A stretch of DNA of 64,000 nucleotides. It comes from Gammaproteobacteria bacterium. Its GTDB lineage: Bacteria; Pseudomonadota; Gammaproteobacteria; Steroidobacterales; Rariloculaceae. Within the stretch, counting starts at the first letter, position 1, and each line of letters opens with the position of its first letter. Location: the NCBI GenBank assembly GCA_035548835.1, contig DASZSB010000086.1, forward strand, positions 5,094 through 69,093. Direction: 5' to 3'. A program made the translations under genes and the position numbers. This document shows, one piece after another, positions 1-8,319 of the stretch. The notes beneath the pieces were generated by a model that did no database searches, had not been told where the DNA came from, and saw only the letters and a list, made by a program, of their open reading frames with translations.

Positions 1-546
1 CAGCAGCAGGAGTCGTTTCGCAACCTCGTGGTGGTGCTCGCGATGGCCATCTTCCTGGTGTTCACGGTGCTGCTGATCGAGTTCCGGTCGTTCTACGAAG
101 CGATCGCGATCGTCTTCGGCGCCGTGCTGGCGCTGTTCGGCACCGTGCTCGCGCTGTGGGTCACGAGCACCTCGCTGAACGTGGTCTCGTTCCTCGGCGC
201 CATCATCGGGATCGGCATCGTCGCCAAGAACGGCATCCTGATGCTCGACTTCGTCGAGCGTCTGCGTTCGGAGGGCTCGAGCCTCGAGGATGCGCTGGTG
301 CGCTCGGGGCAGCGCCGCCTGCGCCCCGTGTTGATGACGTCGCTCGCGGCGGCCTTCGGCATGCTGCCGCTGGCCTGGGGGATCGGCGCGGGATCGGACA
401 TGCTGCGGCCGCTGGCCGTCGCGGTCATCGGCGCGCTGTGCATCTCGGTGCTGCTGTCGCTGGTGGCGACGCCGGGCATCTACTATCTGCTGATTCGCAT
501 CTTCGGCCGCTCGACAGCAAAATTGGCGGGCGGCAGCGCTTCGTGA
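1..546 (+). CDS. C-terminal fragment of an RND-family efflux permease (CzcA/CusA/AcrB-like); the 5' end lies outside the window
   Basis: Frame 1 is open from base 1 (QQQESFRNLVVVLAMAIF...) and runs into tracked ORF 28..546. Terminal TM helices carry RND-typical motifs AKNGILMLDF and RRLRPVLMTSLAAAFGMLPLA. Confidence 0.85.
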   Translation, partial: QQQESFRNLVVVLAMAIFLVFTVLLIEFRSFYEAIAIVFGAVLALFGTVLALWVTSTSLNVVSFLGAIIGIGIVAKNGILMLDFVERLRSEGSSLEDALVRSGQRRLRPVLMTSLAAAFGMLPLAWGIGAGSDMLRPLAVAVIGALCISVLLSLVATPGIYYLLIRIFGRSTAKLAGGSAS

Positions 547-637
547 GGCGCGGCGCCGGCCCGTCGTAAGGTGTCGGCCGCCGACGCAGCCCACGAGCCG
601 CGCGAAGCCGCTCGTCAACCGTCCGTCACGAGAGGGG

Positions 638-2917
638 ATGGCCATGGCCACGTACGACACTGTGTTCTCGATCCGGCGCCTCTGGATCATCCTGGCCGCG
701 AGCATGGCCGTGATGTTCGGCACGCTGCTCTTCTTCGGCGCCGAGATCTACCAGTCCGCGCCGCCGATCCCCGAGGCCGTTCGCACCGCGGGCGGCGAGA
801 CGATCTTCACGCGCGCGGGCATAGAGCGCGGCCAGAACGTCTGGCAGTCCGTGGGCGGCATGCAGCAGGGCTCGATCTGGGGCCACGGCAGCTACGTGGC
901 GCCGGACTGGTCGGCCGACTGGCTGCACCGCGAAGCGCTCGCGCTGCTCGACGTGCTCGCGCGCCGCGAGCATGGCGCGGCCTACGACTCGCTGGCCGCG
1001 CCGCAGCAGGCGGCCTTGCGCTCGACGCTGCGCAGCGAGATGCGCACGAACACCTATGACGCGCGGACGGGCGTCGTCACCGTCAGCGACGAGCGCGCGC
1101 GCGCGATCGCGGCCGTCGGCGCTCACTACGCCGACCTGTTCGAGGGGCGCTCCCCGGAGGCGCGCGAGCTGCGCGCGCAATACGCGTTCCCGAGCGAGGC
1201 CGCTTTGAGCGCGGAGGAGGCCGCGGCGCTGAACGCGTTCTTCTTCTGGACGGCGTGGGCGGCCGGCACGCAGCGGCCTGGGGATTCCATCACCTACACG
1301 AGCAACTGGCCGCCCGAGCCGTTGATCGGCAACGCGCCGACCGGCGCGATCTTCATGTGGACCTTCATCTCGATCTTCGTGTTGCTGGCCGCGATTGGCG
1401 CGCTCGTGTGGTACTACGCCAAGGAGTTCGATCTGTGGCGTCGCCACGGCGAGCCCGAAGCAGGCTTCGCGCGCACGGACTTCATGACCACGGCCACGGT
1501 GACGCCCTCGATGCGCGTGACCGCGTGGTACTTCGGCATCGTCGTCCTGCTGTTCCTGGCGCAGGTGCTGCTCGGCATCGTCACGGCGCATTACGCCGTC
1601 GAGGGTCAGGGCCTGTATGGCCTGCCGCTGTCGGAGTACTTCCCTTACGCGGTCACGCGCACCTGGCACACGCAGCTCGCCGTGCTCTGGATCGCGGCCG
1701 CGTGGCTCGCCACGGGCCTGTACGTGGCGCCGCTGTTCGGCGGGCACGAGCCGAAGTTCCAGGCCGCGGGCGCGTGGTTCCTGCTCGTGAGCCTGGTCGT
1801 GATCGTCGCGGGGTCGTTCGCGGGCGAGTGGCTCGCCGTGAACCGCATGCTGACCGACGCCGTGCGCAACTTCTGGTTCGGCCACCAGGGCTACGAGTAC
1901 GTGGACCTCGGCCGTTTCTGGCAGGCGTATCTGTTCATCGGCCTGCTGCTCTGGGTCGTGCTGGTGCTGCGCGGGCTGTGGCCCGCGGTGCGCGCGAAGC
2001 AGAACCGTTCCCTGATCGTGCTCGTCGTGCTGGCGACACTCGCGATCGGGCTGCTGTTCGGCGCCGGGCTGCTCTACGGGCGCAACACGCACCTGTCGAT
2101 CATGGAGTACTGGCGGTGGTGGGTCGTGCACCTGTGGGTCGAGGGCGTGTTCGAGGTCTTCGCCACGGCGATCGTCTCCGCGCTGCTCGTGCGCATGGGG
2201 CTGGTCCGCGCCTCCGTGGCCACGACCTCGGTGCTCGTGGCCACGATCATCTTCCTGGGCGGCGGCGTGCTCGGCACGTTCCACCACCTGTACTTCAGCG
2301 GCACGCCGGTCGGCGTGCTCGCGCTCGGCAGCGTCTTCTCCGCACTCGAGGTGGTGCCGCTCGTGGTCGTCGGATTCGAAGCCTACAGCCGTGCGCAGCA
2401 CGAGGGTGTCGCGCAGTGGCAGGCCGCGTACCGGTGGTCGTTCCGCTTCTTCGGCGCGGTGCTCGTCTGGAACCTGATCGGCGCCGGCCTCTTCGGCTTC
2501 CTGATCAATCCGCCGCTCGCGCTCTACTACATGCAGGGGCTGAACACGACGGCCACGCACGGTCACTCCGCGCTGTTCGGCGTCTACGGCATGCTCGGTC
2601 TCGGCCTCATGCTGTTCTGCCTGCGCGGGCTCACCGACGTCACGCGCTGGAACGAGCGCCTGCTGACGGTGAGCTTCTGGTGCCTGAACGCCGGTCTCGC
2701 GATGATGGTGTTCATGTCGCTGCTGCCGCAGGGCCTGTGGCAGGCGTACTTCAGCTTCACCGAGAGCTACGCCTACGCGCGCAGCGCCGAGGTCATCCAC
2801 GGTACGGTCATGCAGGCGCTCGTGTGGGCGAGGGTGCCCGGCGACGTGGTGTTCGCGGTCGGCGTGGCGGCCTTCGTGGTTTTCGTCGCGCGCGCGTTCT
2901 TTCCGTCGAACAGATGA
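638..2917 (+). CDS. norZ: Quinol-dependent nitric oxide reductase (single-subunit qNOR)
   Basis: 759 aa. An N-terminal TM helix plus soluble extension is followed by a 12-TM heme-copper-oxidase subunit-I-like core (WWVVHLWVEG, FHHLYFSG, THGHSALFGVYG). A GAGAGGGG Shine-Dalgarno-like run sits just upstream of the ATG. Confidence 0.85.
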   Translation: MAMATYDTVFSIRRLWIILAASMAVMFGTLLFFGAEIYQSAPPIPEAVRTAGGETIFTRAGIERGQNVWQSVGGMQQGSIWGHGSYVAPDWSADWLHREALALLDVLARREHGAAYDSLAAPQQAALRSTLRSEMRTNTYDARTGVVTVSDERARAIAAVGAHYADLFEGRSPEARELRAQYAFPSEAALSAEEAAALNAFFFWTAWAAGTQRPGDSITYTSNWPPEPLIGNAPTGAIFMWTFISIFVLLAAIGALVWYYAKEFDLWRRHGEPEAGFARTDFMTTATVTPSMRVTAWYFGIVVLLFLAQVLLGIVTAHYAVEGQGLYGLPLSEYFPYAVTRTWHTQLAVLWIAAAWLATGLYVAPLFGGHEPKFQAAGAWFLLVSLVVIVAGSFAGEWLAVNRMLTDAVRNFWFGHQGYEYVDLGRFWQAYLFIGLLLWVVLVLRGLWPAVRAKQNRSLIVLVVLATLAIGLLFGAGLLYGRNTHLSIMEYWRWWVVHLWVEGVFEVFATAIVSALLVRMGLVRASVATTSVLVATIIFLGGGVLGTFHHLYFSGTPVGVLALGSVFSALEVVPLVVVGFEAYSRAQHEGVAQWQAAYRWSFRFFGAVLVWNLIGAGLFGFLINPPLALYYMQGLNTTATHGHSALFGVYGMLGLGLMLFCLRGLTDVTRWNERLLTVSFWCLNAGLAMMVFMSLLPQGLWQAYFSFTESYAYARSAEVIHGTVMQALVWARVPGDVVFAVGVAAFVVFVARAFFPSNR

Positions 2918-4086
2918 TCACGCCGCAACCTCCTGCGTTCCTGACGCTGGCGTTCCGCCCGTTCTTCCTGCTGGGCGCGCTGTGGTCCGCGCTCGCGCTT
3001 GCGGCGTGGATCGTCGCACTCCTCACTGGCACGGCCTTGCCCAGCCGTTTCGATCCTTTGAGCTGGCACATCCACGCGATGCTGTTCGGCTTCGTGCTCG
3101 CGGCGGTCGCGGGCTTCATGCTGACCGCGATTCCGAGCTGGACCGGCCGGCCGGCCGTGTCCGGCGCGCCGCTGGCCGCGCTCGCGGCGCTGTGGCTGCT
3201 GGGCCGGATCGCCTCGCTGACGTCCGCCCTGATGCCGCTCGCGCTGGCGGCCGCCATCGACGTGGCGTTCCCCGCGGCGCTCTGCGCGGTCGCCGCGCGG
3301 GAGATCCTCGCGGCGCGCAACTGGCGCAACGCCGCCATGCCGGTGCCGATCGCCGCGCTCGGCATCGCCGACCTGCTGATGTATCTCGAGCGCGGCGGCG
3401 TCGCGCTGCCTGCGGGCCTCGGGTGGCGGCTGGCTCTCGCCGCGGCCCTCGTGCTGATCTGCGTGGTGGGCGGGCGCATCGTGCCGGCCTTCACGCGCAA
3501 CTGGCTCGTGAAGCGCGGCGTGCAGACGCTGCCGGCGGCCACGGACGCGGTGGACCGCGGCGCGCTGATCGTCCTGCCCGCGAGCCTCGCCGCCTGGCTG
3601 ATCTGGCCTTCCGCCACGCCCGTCGGCGCTCTGCTGCTGCTCGCGGCCGCGCTGCACCTCCTGCGTCTGTCGCGCTGGCGCGGGCTCGCGACGCTCGCCG
3701 AGCCGCTGCTCGCGGTGCTGCACCTGGGCTACGCGTGGGTCGTCGTCGGCGTGGCGTTGCTCGGCGCGTCGATACTGACGGCCGTCGTGCCCCTGCCCGC
3801 GGCGATTCACGCGCTGACGGCCGGAGCGATCGGCACGATGGTGCTGGCGGTCATGACCCGCGTCTCGCTCGGGCACACGGGCAGGCCTCTCGCCGCCGAC
3901 CGCGGCACGGCGCTGATCTATGCGCTCGTGACGCTCGCGGCGCTGACGCGCGTGGTTGCGGCATTCCACGCCGGCGCCTACCTGCGGTGGGTGGAGCTGG
4001 CCGCCGCGCTGTGGATCGCGGCGTTCGCGGGGTTCGTGCTGCGCTACGGACCGATGCTGGTGGCGCCGCGCGCGGACGGCCGCTGA
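2914..4086 (+). CDS. nnrS: NnrS family membrane protein (NO-stress associated)
   Basis: 390 aa polytopic protein starting MITPQPPAFLTLAFRPFFLLGALW with HIHAMLFGF. Its ATG overlaps the norZ stop as ATGA at 2914-2917. The long upstream part of tracked ORF 1255..4086 is a frame artefact. Confidence 0.85.
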   Translation: MITPQPPAFLTLAFRPFFLLGALWSALALAAWIVALLTGTALPSRFDPLSWHIHAMLFGFVLAAVAGFMLTAIPSWTGRPAVSGAPLAALAALWLLGRIASLTSALMPLALAAAIDVAFPAALCAVAAREILAARNWRNAAMPVPIAALGIADLLMYLERGGVALPAGLGWRLALAAALVLICVVGGRIVPAFTRNWLVKRGVQTLPAATDAVDRGALIVLPASLAAWLIWPSATPVGALLLLAAALHLLRLSRWRGLATLAEPLLAVLHLGYAWVVVGVALLGASILTAVVPLPAAIHALTAGAIGTMVLAVMTRVSLGHTGRPLAADRGTALIYALVTLAALTRVVAAFHAGAYLRWVELAAALWIAAFAGFVLRYGPMLVAPRADGR

Positions 4087-4105
4087 GCCGTGGCGCGGGG
4101 CGGCG

Positions 4106-4867
4106 CTACATGAAGGGCGCGAGCACCCTCCTCGCGACGCCGTGCCACTGCTCCGTCTGCGAGTAAGGCAGCCGCAGCAGGGAGATCGCCATGGCGAAGG
4201 CACCGATCCAGTACACCGGGTGGATGCTGCGCCTCGTCACGAGATCGTGCGCCATCGCCACGAGCACCGGCGAATACCAAAGCGCGAGCTGCGGCACCGT
4301 GCCCGTGAACGCAGCGGCGTTGCCGGCGAGCAGGCCCGCGTTCACGAGCGCGCGGTTCACGGCCGCGAACATGATGGCGACGGCCGCGAGCACGATGAGC
4401 CGCTTGTGGATCTCGGGCCGGCGCCGGCAGGCGATCGCCGCGGCGAAGAGGCCGCCGTAGAGCAGCATGTCGACCAGCGGGATGGCGAGAAACGTCTCGG
4501 CGCGGGCGGAATTCCAGAGCCCGGCACGGACGTTGATCACGGGCATCGCGACCGCGACCACGAGGCCCAGCAGGAAGACGAGCACGCCGTACGCGATGCC
4601 GAAATTGCCGAGCCTGCGGTGCAGCGCGATGCGTCCGCGTGCCGCGAGCGCGGCCTGCGCGATCAGCAATACGAGCCAGCCCACGTAGAGGCCCGCGTGC
4701 ACATGGATGATCCAGGGGTGCGCGACGCCCCCGACGAAGGTGCCGTAGAAGCTGCGGCTGAAGCCCGCCGCGATGATCGCGGCGATCAGCAGGGCGAGGC
4801 CGACGTAGAAGCCGCGCCGCGCCGCGCGCGCGTTGCGTCCTGTAGCCGCGGCGATGACCGTTGCCAT
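4106..4867 (-). CDS. Integral membrane protein, function unknown
   Basis: 253 aa with about 6 hydrophobic helices and GC-rich third codon positions. No family recognised. Confidence 0.6.
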   Translation of the reverse strand: MATVIAAATGRNARAARRGFYVGLALLIAAIIAAGFSRSFYGTFVGGVAHPWIIHVHAGLYVGWLVLLIAQAALAARGRIALHRRLGNFGIAYGVLVFLLGLVVAVAMPVINVRAGLWNSARAETFLAIPLVDMLLYGGLFAAAIACRRRPEIHKRLIVLAAVAIMFAAVNRALVNAGLLAGNAAAFTGTVPQLALWYSPVLVAMAHDLVTRRSIHPVYWIGAFAMAISLLRLPYSQTEQWHGVARRVLAPFM

Positions 4868-4892
4868 GGGCCCCGGCTCGCTGCGCCCGCGG

Positions 4893-5918
4893 TTACTTGC
4901 CGCCGGCCTTTTTGATGTCCTGGCGCGCCGCGCGCAGGATGTTCTCCATGCCGCGGTTGCCTTCGTGGCACGCGTACTCGTACAGCATGCCGTCGATCGG
5001 CACGAGCGGGATCTCGCCCGTCCACGGCGCGGTCCAGGCCGTGGGGTCGTCCACCGTGAAGCGGTACATCAGGACGCCGGGTGGCACGAGCGTGAAGCGC
5101 TCGGTGACCTTCAGGTTCTCGTCCGCCGCCGCCATGCGGCCGAAGTGCTCGCCCTTGAAGTTCGTGGACTCGACGACCAGCGTGTCGCCCTCCCAGTGGC
5201 CGCGCGGATCGCCGAACCACTGCCGCACGTTCTGCGGCAGATGCGCGCTGCCGTCGGTCGGAATGCGGCGTACCTGGTGCACCATCTCCGTGTTGATCGC
5301 GACCACGCCGTCGGCCTGCACGATCTGATAGTTGTTGTTGTAGGCCGACGGCAGCATCGGCACGACGGTGCCGAACGAGATGCAGCGCGTCATGAGGTCG
5401 AGCGCCTGCGGCTCGTCGGCCGGCGCCGGGATGCCGGCGTTCGACACGGCGCAGCCCGGCTTTTCGCAGCGCGCCTTCACGGCCTGAGCCTGCGCGGCCA
5501 GCGCGGCGCTGCGTGCAGCCGTCAGCGGCGGAATGCGCCCGTTCTTCGGCTCGATCACGATGGACGTGCGCAGGTTCGGCAGCAGCGTGGAGCCGCGGTC
5601 CCACCAGAACGCGTTGTACGCGCCGATCACGTCGCTGACGTCGTTCGAGCGCTTGTCCATGTTGCTGCGCTCGAGCGTCTGCTTGACGAAGGCCTTCGCC
5701 TCGTCCGCCGTGAAGAACTCCTTGTTCGCGAGCTCGGGCGGGCGCTCGAACGGCGTGATCGTCTTGTTCGTCCAGATGCCCGAAAGATCCGGGTGGCCGT
5801 CCGCGAGCCGCGGCATGGTCCACTTCTCGGCGGGCTTGGCGGGTGCCGCGGGCTGCGCGACGGCGGCGCCGGCGACGCAGAGGGCGATGACGGTGGCGGA
5901 CAGGGTCGCACGAAGCAT
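4893..5918 (-). CDS. Secreted protein of unknown function, paralogue A of the 5947..6732 product
   Basis: Start chosen at MLRATLSATVIALCVAGAAVAQ (signal peptide) with GAGGAG 6 nt upstream; the tracked ORF extends to 5966. Shares SGIW, GHWEG(D/N)TLVV, ERFTL/ERYTL and LMY motifs with the neighbouring gene. Confidence 0.7.
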   Translation of the reverse strand: MLRATLSATVIALCVAGAAVAQPAAPAKPAEKWTMPRLADGHPDLSGIWTNKTITPFERPPELANKEFFTADEAKAFVKQTLERSNMDKRSNDVSDVIGAYNAFWWDRGSTLLPNLRTSIVIEPKNGRIPPLTAARSAALAAQAQAVKARCEKPGCAVSNAGIPAPADEPQALDLMTRCISFGTVVPMLPSAYNNNYQIVQADGVVAINTEMVHQVRRIPTDGSAHLPQNVRQWFGDPRGHWEGDTLVVESTNFKGEHFGRMAAADENLKVTERFTLVPPGVLMYRFTVDDPTAWTAPWTGEIPLVPIDGMLYEYACHEGNRGMENILRAARQDIKKAGGK

Positions 5919-5946
5919 ACGAGCTCCTCGCGTGATGCCCGGCCGG

Positions 5947-6732
5947 CTAGCGGCCGACGTGGTCATAGAGAAAGTGCTCGGTGAACGGAATGCACTTGAG
6001 TTCCATCAGCTGCGCGCCCTCGCCGACGTGGCGATACAGCGGCATGCGGATGGTCCATGGCTTCGAGAACACCTGCGGGTCCTCGATCGTGGCCTCGTAC
6101 ATGAGCACGTCGGGCGAGCGCAGCGTGTAGCGCTCGACGACGTGCAGCGCGTCGCTGTGGTAGTTGCCCGAGCGGTCGAGCCACGTGTCGGCGTTCTGCG
6201 CCGTCACGTCGACGACCAGCGTGTTGCCTTCCCAGTGGCCGACGCTCCAGCCCATCCAGCTGTCGGCGGGCGCGGGTCCCGGGTCCTGCATGTGGATCAG
6301 GCGCACGGCGTCGGCGAACTCGTAGGAGATCATGATCTTGTCGGTGCCCTGCACGATCTGGAACGGATACGGCAGGTAGTTGGCGCGCGGCACACCCGGC
6401 ATGTAGCACCTGGCCTCGGGGTCGGCCGTCCAGCGTTGCTCGCGGTTCTTCTTGCGCTGGGCGAGTGCGGCCGGCAGGTACGGAATCTGGCCGCCGACCA
6501 CGACGCCGGGGCCCGGCGGCACCACGAGCAGCGCGCCGAGCTCAGGCTTCGGGCCGGCCTCGGCCGCGTGTGCCTCGAGGTCCCAGTTGGCCGTGTTCGC
6601 GGCTTGCCAGATGCCGCTGAAGTTCGGCGTCTTGCCTTTGGGCTGCGCGAAGACCGGTGTGGCCAGCAGCACGCTGGCGCCGATCGCGAGAATGGCCGAC
6701 ACGCGTCGCGACACGAAGCTTCCCCCCGTCAT
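5947..6732 (-). CDS. Secreted protein of unknown function, paralogue B
   Basis: 261 aa with signal peptide MTGGSFVSRRVSAILAIGASVLLATPVFAQ. Motif-level similarity to 4893..5918 (FSGIWQ, VGHWEGNTLVVDV, VVERYTL, DVLMYE). Confidence 0.7.
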   Translation of the reverse strand: MTGGSFVSRRVSAILAIGASVLLATPVFAQPKGKTPNFSGIWQAANTANWDLEAHAAEAGPKPELGALLVVPPGPGVVVGGQIPYLPAALAQRKKNREQRWTADPEARCYMPGVPRANYLPYPFQIVQGTDKIMISYEFADAVRLIHMQDPGPAPADSWMGWSVGHWEGNTLVVDVTAQNADTWLDRSGNYHSDALHVVERYTLRSPDVLMYEATIEDPQVFSKPWTIRMPLYRHVGEGAQLMELKCIPFTEHFLYDHVGR

Positions 6733-6739
6733 GGTGCGA

Positions 6740-7135
6740 TTACTGCGGAGGGGCCGAGCCGCCGAGGAACAGCTTGTTGCCGTTCGGCAGCGTGACGTCG
6801 CGGCCGTTGGCGCGCATGGCGCCGTCGCGGGCGCGATAGCCGTCGACGATGATCTCCGTGCCTACGCTAAGCGAGTTCTTGTTCAGTCCCATGCGGAACA
6901 GCGTGTTCGCGGTGCCGCCTTCGACGGCCCACTCCTCCACGGTGCCGTCGTCCTTCTTCACGTTGATGTGGATCCACGAATGCGGGTTCATGAATTCCAC
7001 TTTCGTGACGACGCCGCGCAGCTTGATCGGCTGGTTCAGGTCGAACTCCGCGGCGAACGAATGGTGCGCGGCCGCGGGCAGTGCCGCGACGAGCGCGGCG
7101 AGCGCGAAGGCGAAGGGCAGGAGGGCACGGTGCAT
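6740..7135 (-). CDS. DUF6152-like small secreted protein
   Basis: 131 aa. A signal peptide is followed by AAHHSFAAEFDLNQPIKLRGVVTKVEFMNPHSWIHI, which matches the HHSFAxEFD...NPH pattern I recall for DUF6152. Confidence 0.7.
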   Translation of the reverse strand: MHRALLPFAFALAALVAALPAAAHHSFAAEFDLNQPIKLRGVVTKVEFMNPHSWIHINVKKDDGTVEEWAVEGGTANTLFRMGLNKNSLSVGTEIIVDGYRARDGAMRANGRDVTLPNGNKLFLGGSAPPQ

Positions 7136-7136
7136 G

Positions 7137-7664
7137 TCAGTGACTCTCTGAGCTTACGGGTGCTGCCGACGGAGCCGGGCCCTGCGGCAGCCGCTCCCAC
7201 ACCAGCGGGTTGTCGAAACCTGCGTTCAAGCTTATCAACAAGTTCTGACCGTCGAAACGATACCAGCGGATGAAATCGTCGCCGATCCAGGCCGGGTTCG
7301 ACGCCGCCTGCACGTGGTGGATGACCCGGCCGGTCGGCTCGTCGACGGTGTACGTGCCGTAGTAGGCGATCACGCCGCGCATCGTGTCGCGGACCTGCTC
7401 GGGCGTCGATTTCTGATCGACGGGTCTTCTATTCGGCGGGAAGATCATGGCCCACATGCGGTTGCCGGCGTCGTACTCGATGCGCCCGATCGGCTCCGCG
7501 CCGTGGGCCGTATAGCGGATCAGGCGGTACACGCCGATCAGCCGTTCCTGTGCGGTTTGAGCTCCGGCCGCTAGCGGTGCAACCAGGAGCGCGGCCGAGA
7601 GCGCGAGCAGGGTTGCCGGCCGGCGCACGGCCGCCGGCCGCGGTGCAGCGGGGGTGTATGGCAT
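7137..7664 (-). CDS. Lipocalin-like domain secreted protein
   Basis: Start at MPYTPAAPRPAAVRRPATLLALSAALLVAPLAAGAQ, an internal ATG of tracked ORF 7137..8021. LIGVYRLIRYT...VIAYYGTYTVDE...IRWYRFDG resembles lipocalin-like beta-barrel proteins. The stop lies 1 nt before the next gene's ATG. Confidence 0.65.
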   Translation of the reverse strand: MPYTPAAPRPAAVRRPATLLALSAALLVAPLAAGAQTAQERLIGVYRLIRYTAHGAEPIGRIEYDAGNRMWAMIFPPNRRPVDQKSTPEQVRDTMRGVIAYYGTYTVDEPTGRVIHHVQAASNPAWIGDDFIRWYRFDGQNLLISLNAGFDNPLVWERLPQGPAPSAAPVSSESH

Positions 7665-7785
7665 GTCGTGGCCTCGAGTGGAGTCGCCGACACAGTGTGC
7701 CCGCGGCGTTGCGGCACGCAAGGCCGGGTACGCCGGGCGGCGGCCGCGGCTATACTCTGAGGCCGTTCGTTCTGGGGATCCATCG

Positions 7786-8319
7786 ATGCTGGCAACGAAG
7801 CAAAGAATCGTGTGGCTCGTGACCGCGACCCTCGCGGTGGCGCTGGCCGGACCGCTCGCCGCCGTCGAGCAGGGCGACATGGCGCCGCCGTGGACGGCGC
7901 GCGACTTCGCCGGGCACACGGTCGATTTCCCGGCCGTCGCACAGGGCAAGCCCGCGGTCGTGGTGTTCTGGGCCACGTGGTGCCCGTACTGCAAGGCGTT
8001 CATGCCGTACCTCAAGAACATCGAGGCCGACTACGCGAAGCACGGCGTGAAGGTCGTGGTCATCGACGCGAAGGAAGACGGCCGCGGCGATCCACGTGCG
8101 TACGTGCAGAGCCTCGGCTTCGCGCCGGTCGCCATCGCCAACGGCGACGAGATCGCGAAGGCCTACGGCATCCAGTACATCCCGGGGCTCCTGATCGTCG
8201 ACGGCAAGGGCAAGGTGGCGTATCGGCGGCCGTGGACCGATCTGCCGGCCGGCAAGACCGTGGCCGAGCTTTGGGACGGCCAGGTGCGCACCGCGCTCGA
8301 CACGCTGGTCCGCAGGTGA
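7786..8319 (+). CDS. TlpA/ResA-like periplasmic thiol:disulfide oxidoreductase
   Basis: Start at MLATKQRIVWLVTATLAVALAG (signal or anchor). Carries the WATWCPYC CxxC motif in a thioredoxin fold. Confidence 0.8.
   Translation: MLATKQRIVWLVTATLAVALAGPLAAVEQGDMAPPWTARDFAGHTVDFPAVAQGKPAVVVFWATWCPYCKAFMPYLKNIEADYAKHGVKVVVIDAKEDGRGDPRAYVQSLGFAPVAIANGDEIAKAYGIQYIPGLLIVDGKGKVAYRRPWTDLPAGKTVAELWDGQVRTALDTLVRR

Noticed and set aside
547-637. FNR/Dnr (TTGAT-N4-ATCAA), NsrR or NorR (GT-N7-AC) sites upstream of norZ.
   Set aside because: No such box is present by eye. GTCAACCGTCCGTCAC has the wrong spacing.
626-2800. Very long ORFs antisense to or out of frame with strong genes. Examples: 626..2800 (-), the 5' part of 1255..4086 (+), 9700..11130 (-), 14463..16739 of 14463..17624 (+), 19315..20778 (+), 23092..25320 of 21589..25320 (-), 43361..46621 (-), 47433..50027 (+), 54660..56186 of 53442..56186 (-), 54749..57703 (+) and 61797..63800 (+).
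   Set aside because: These are typical high-GC artefacts. Their translations are Arg/Ala/Gly/Pro/His-rich with no motifs, and each overlaps a gene with clear family signatures on the other strand or frame.
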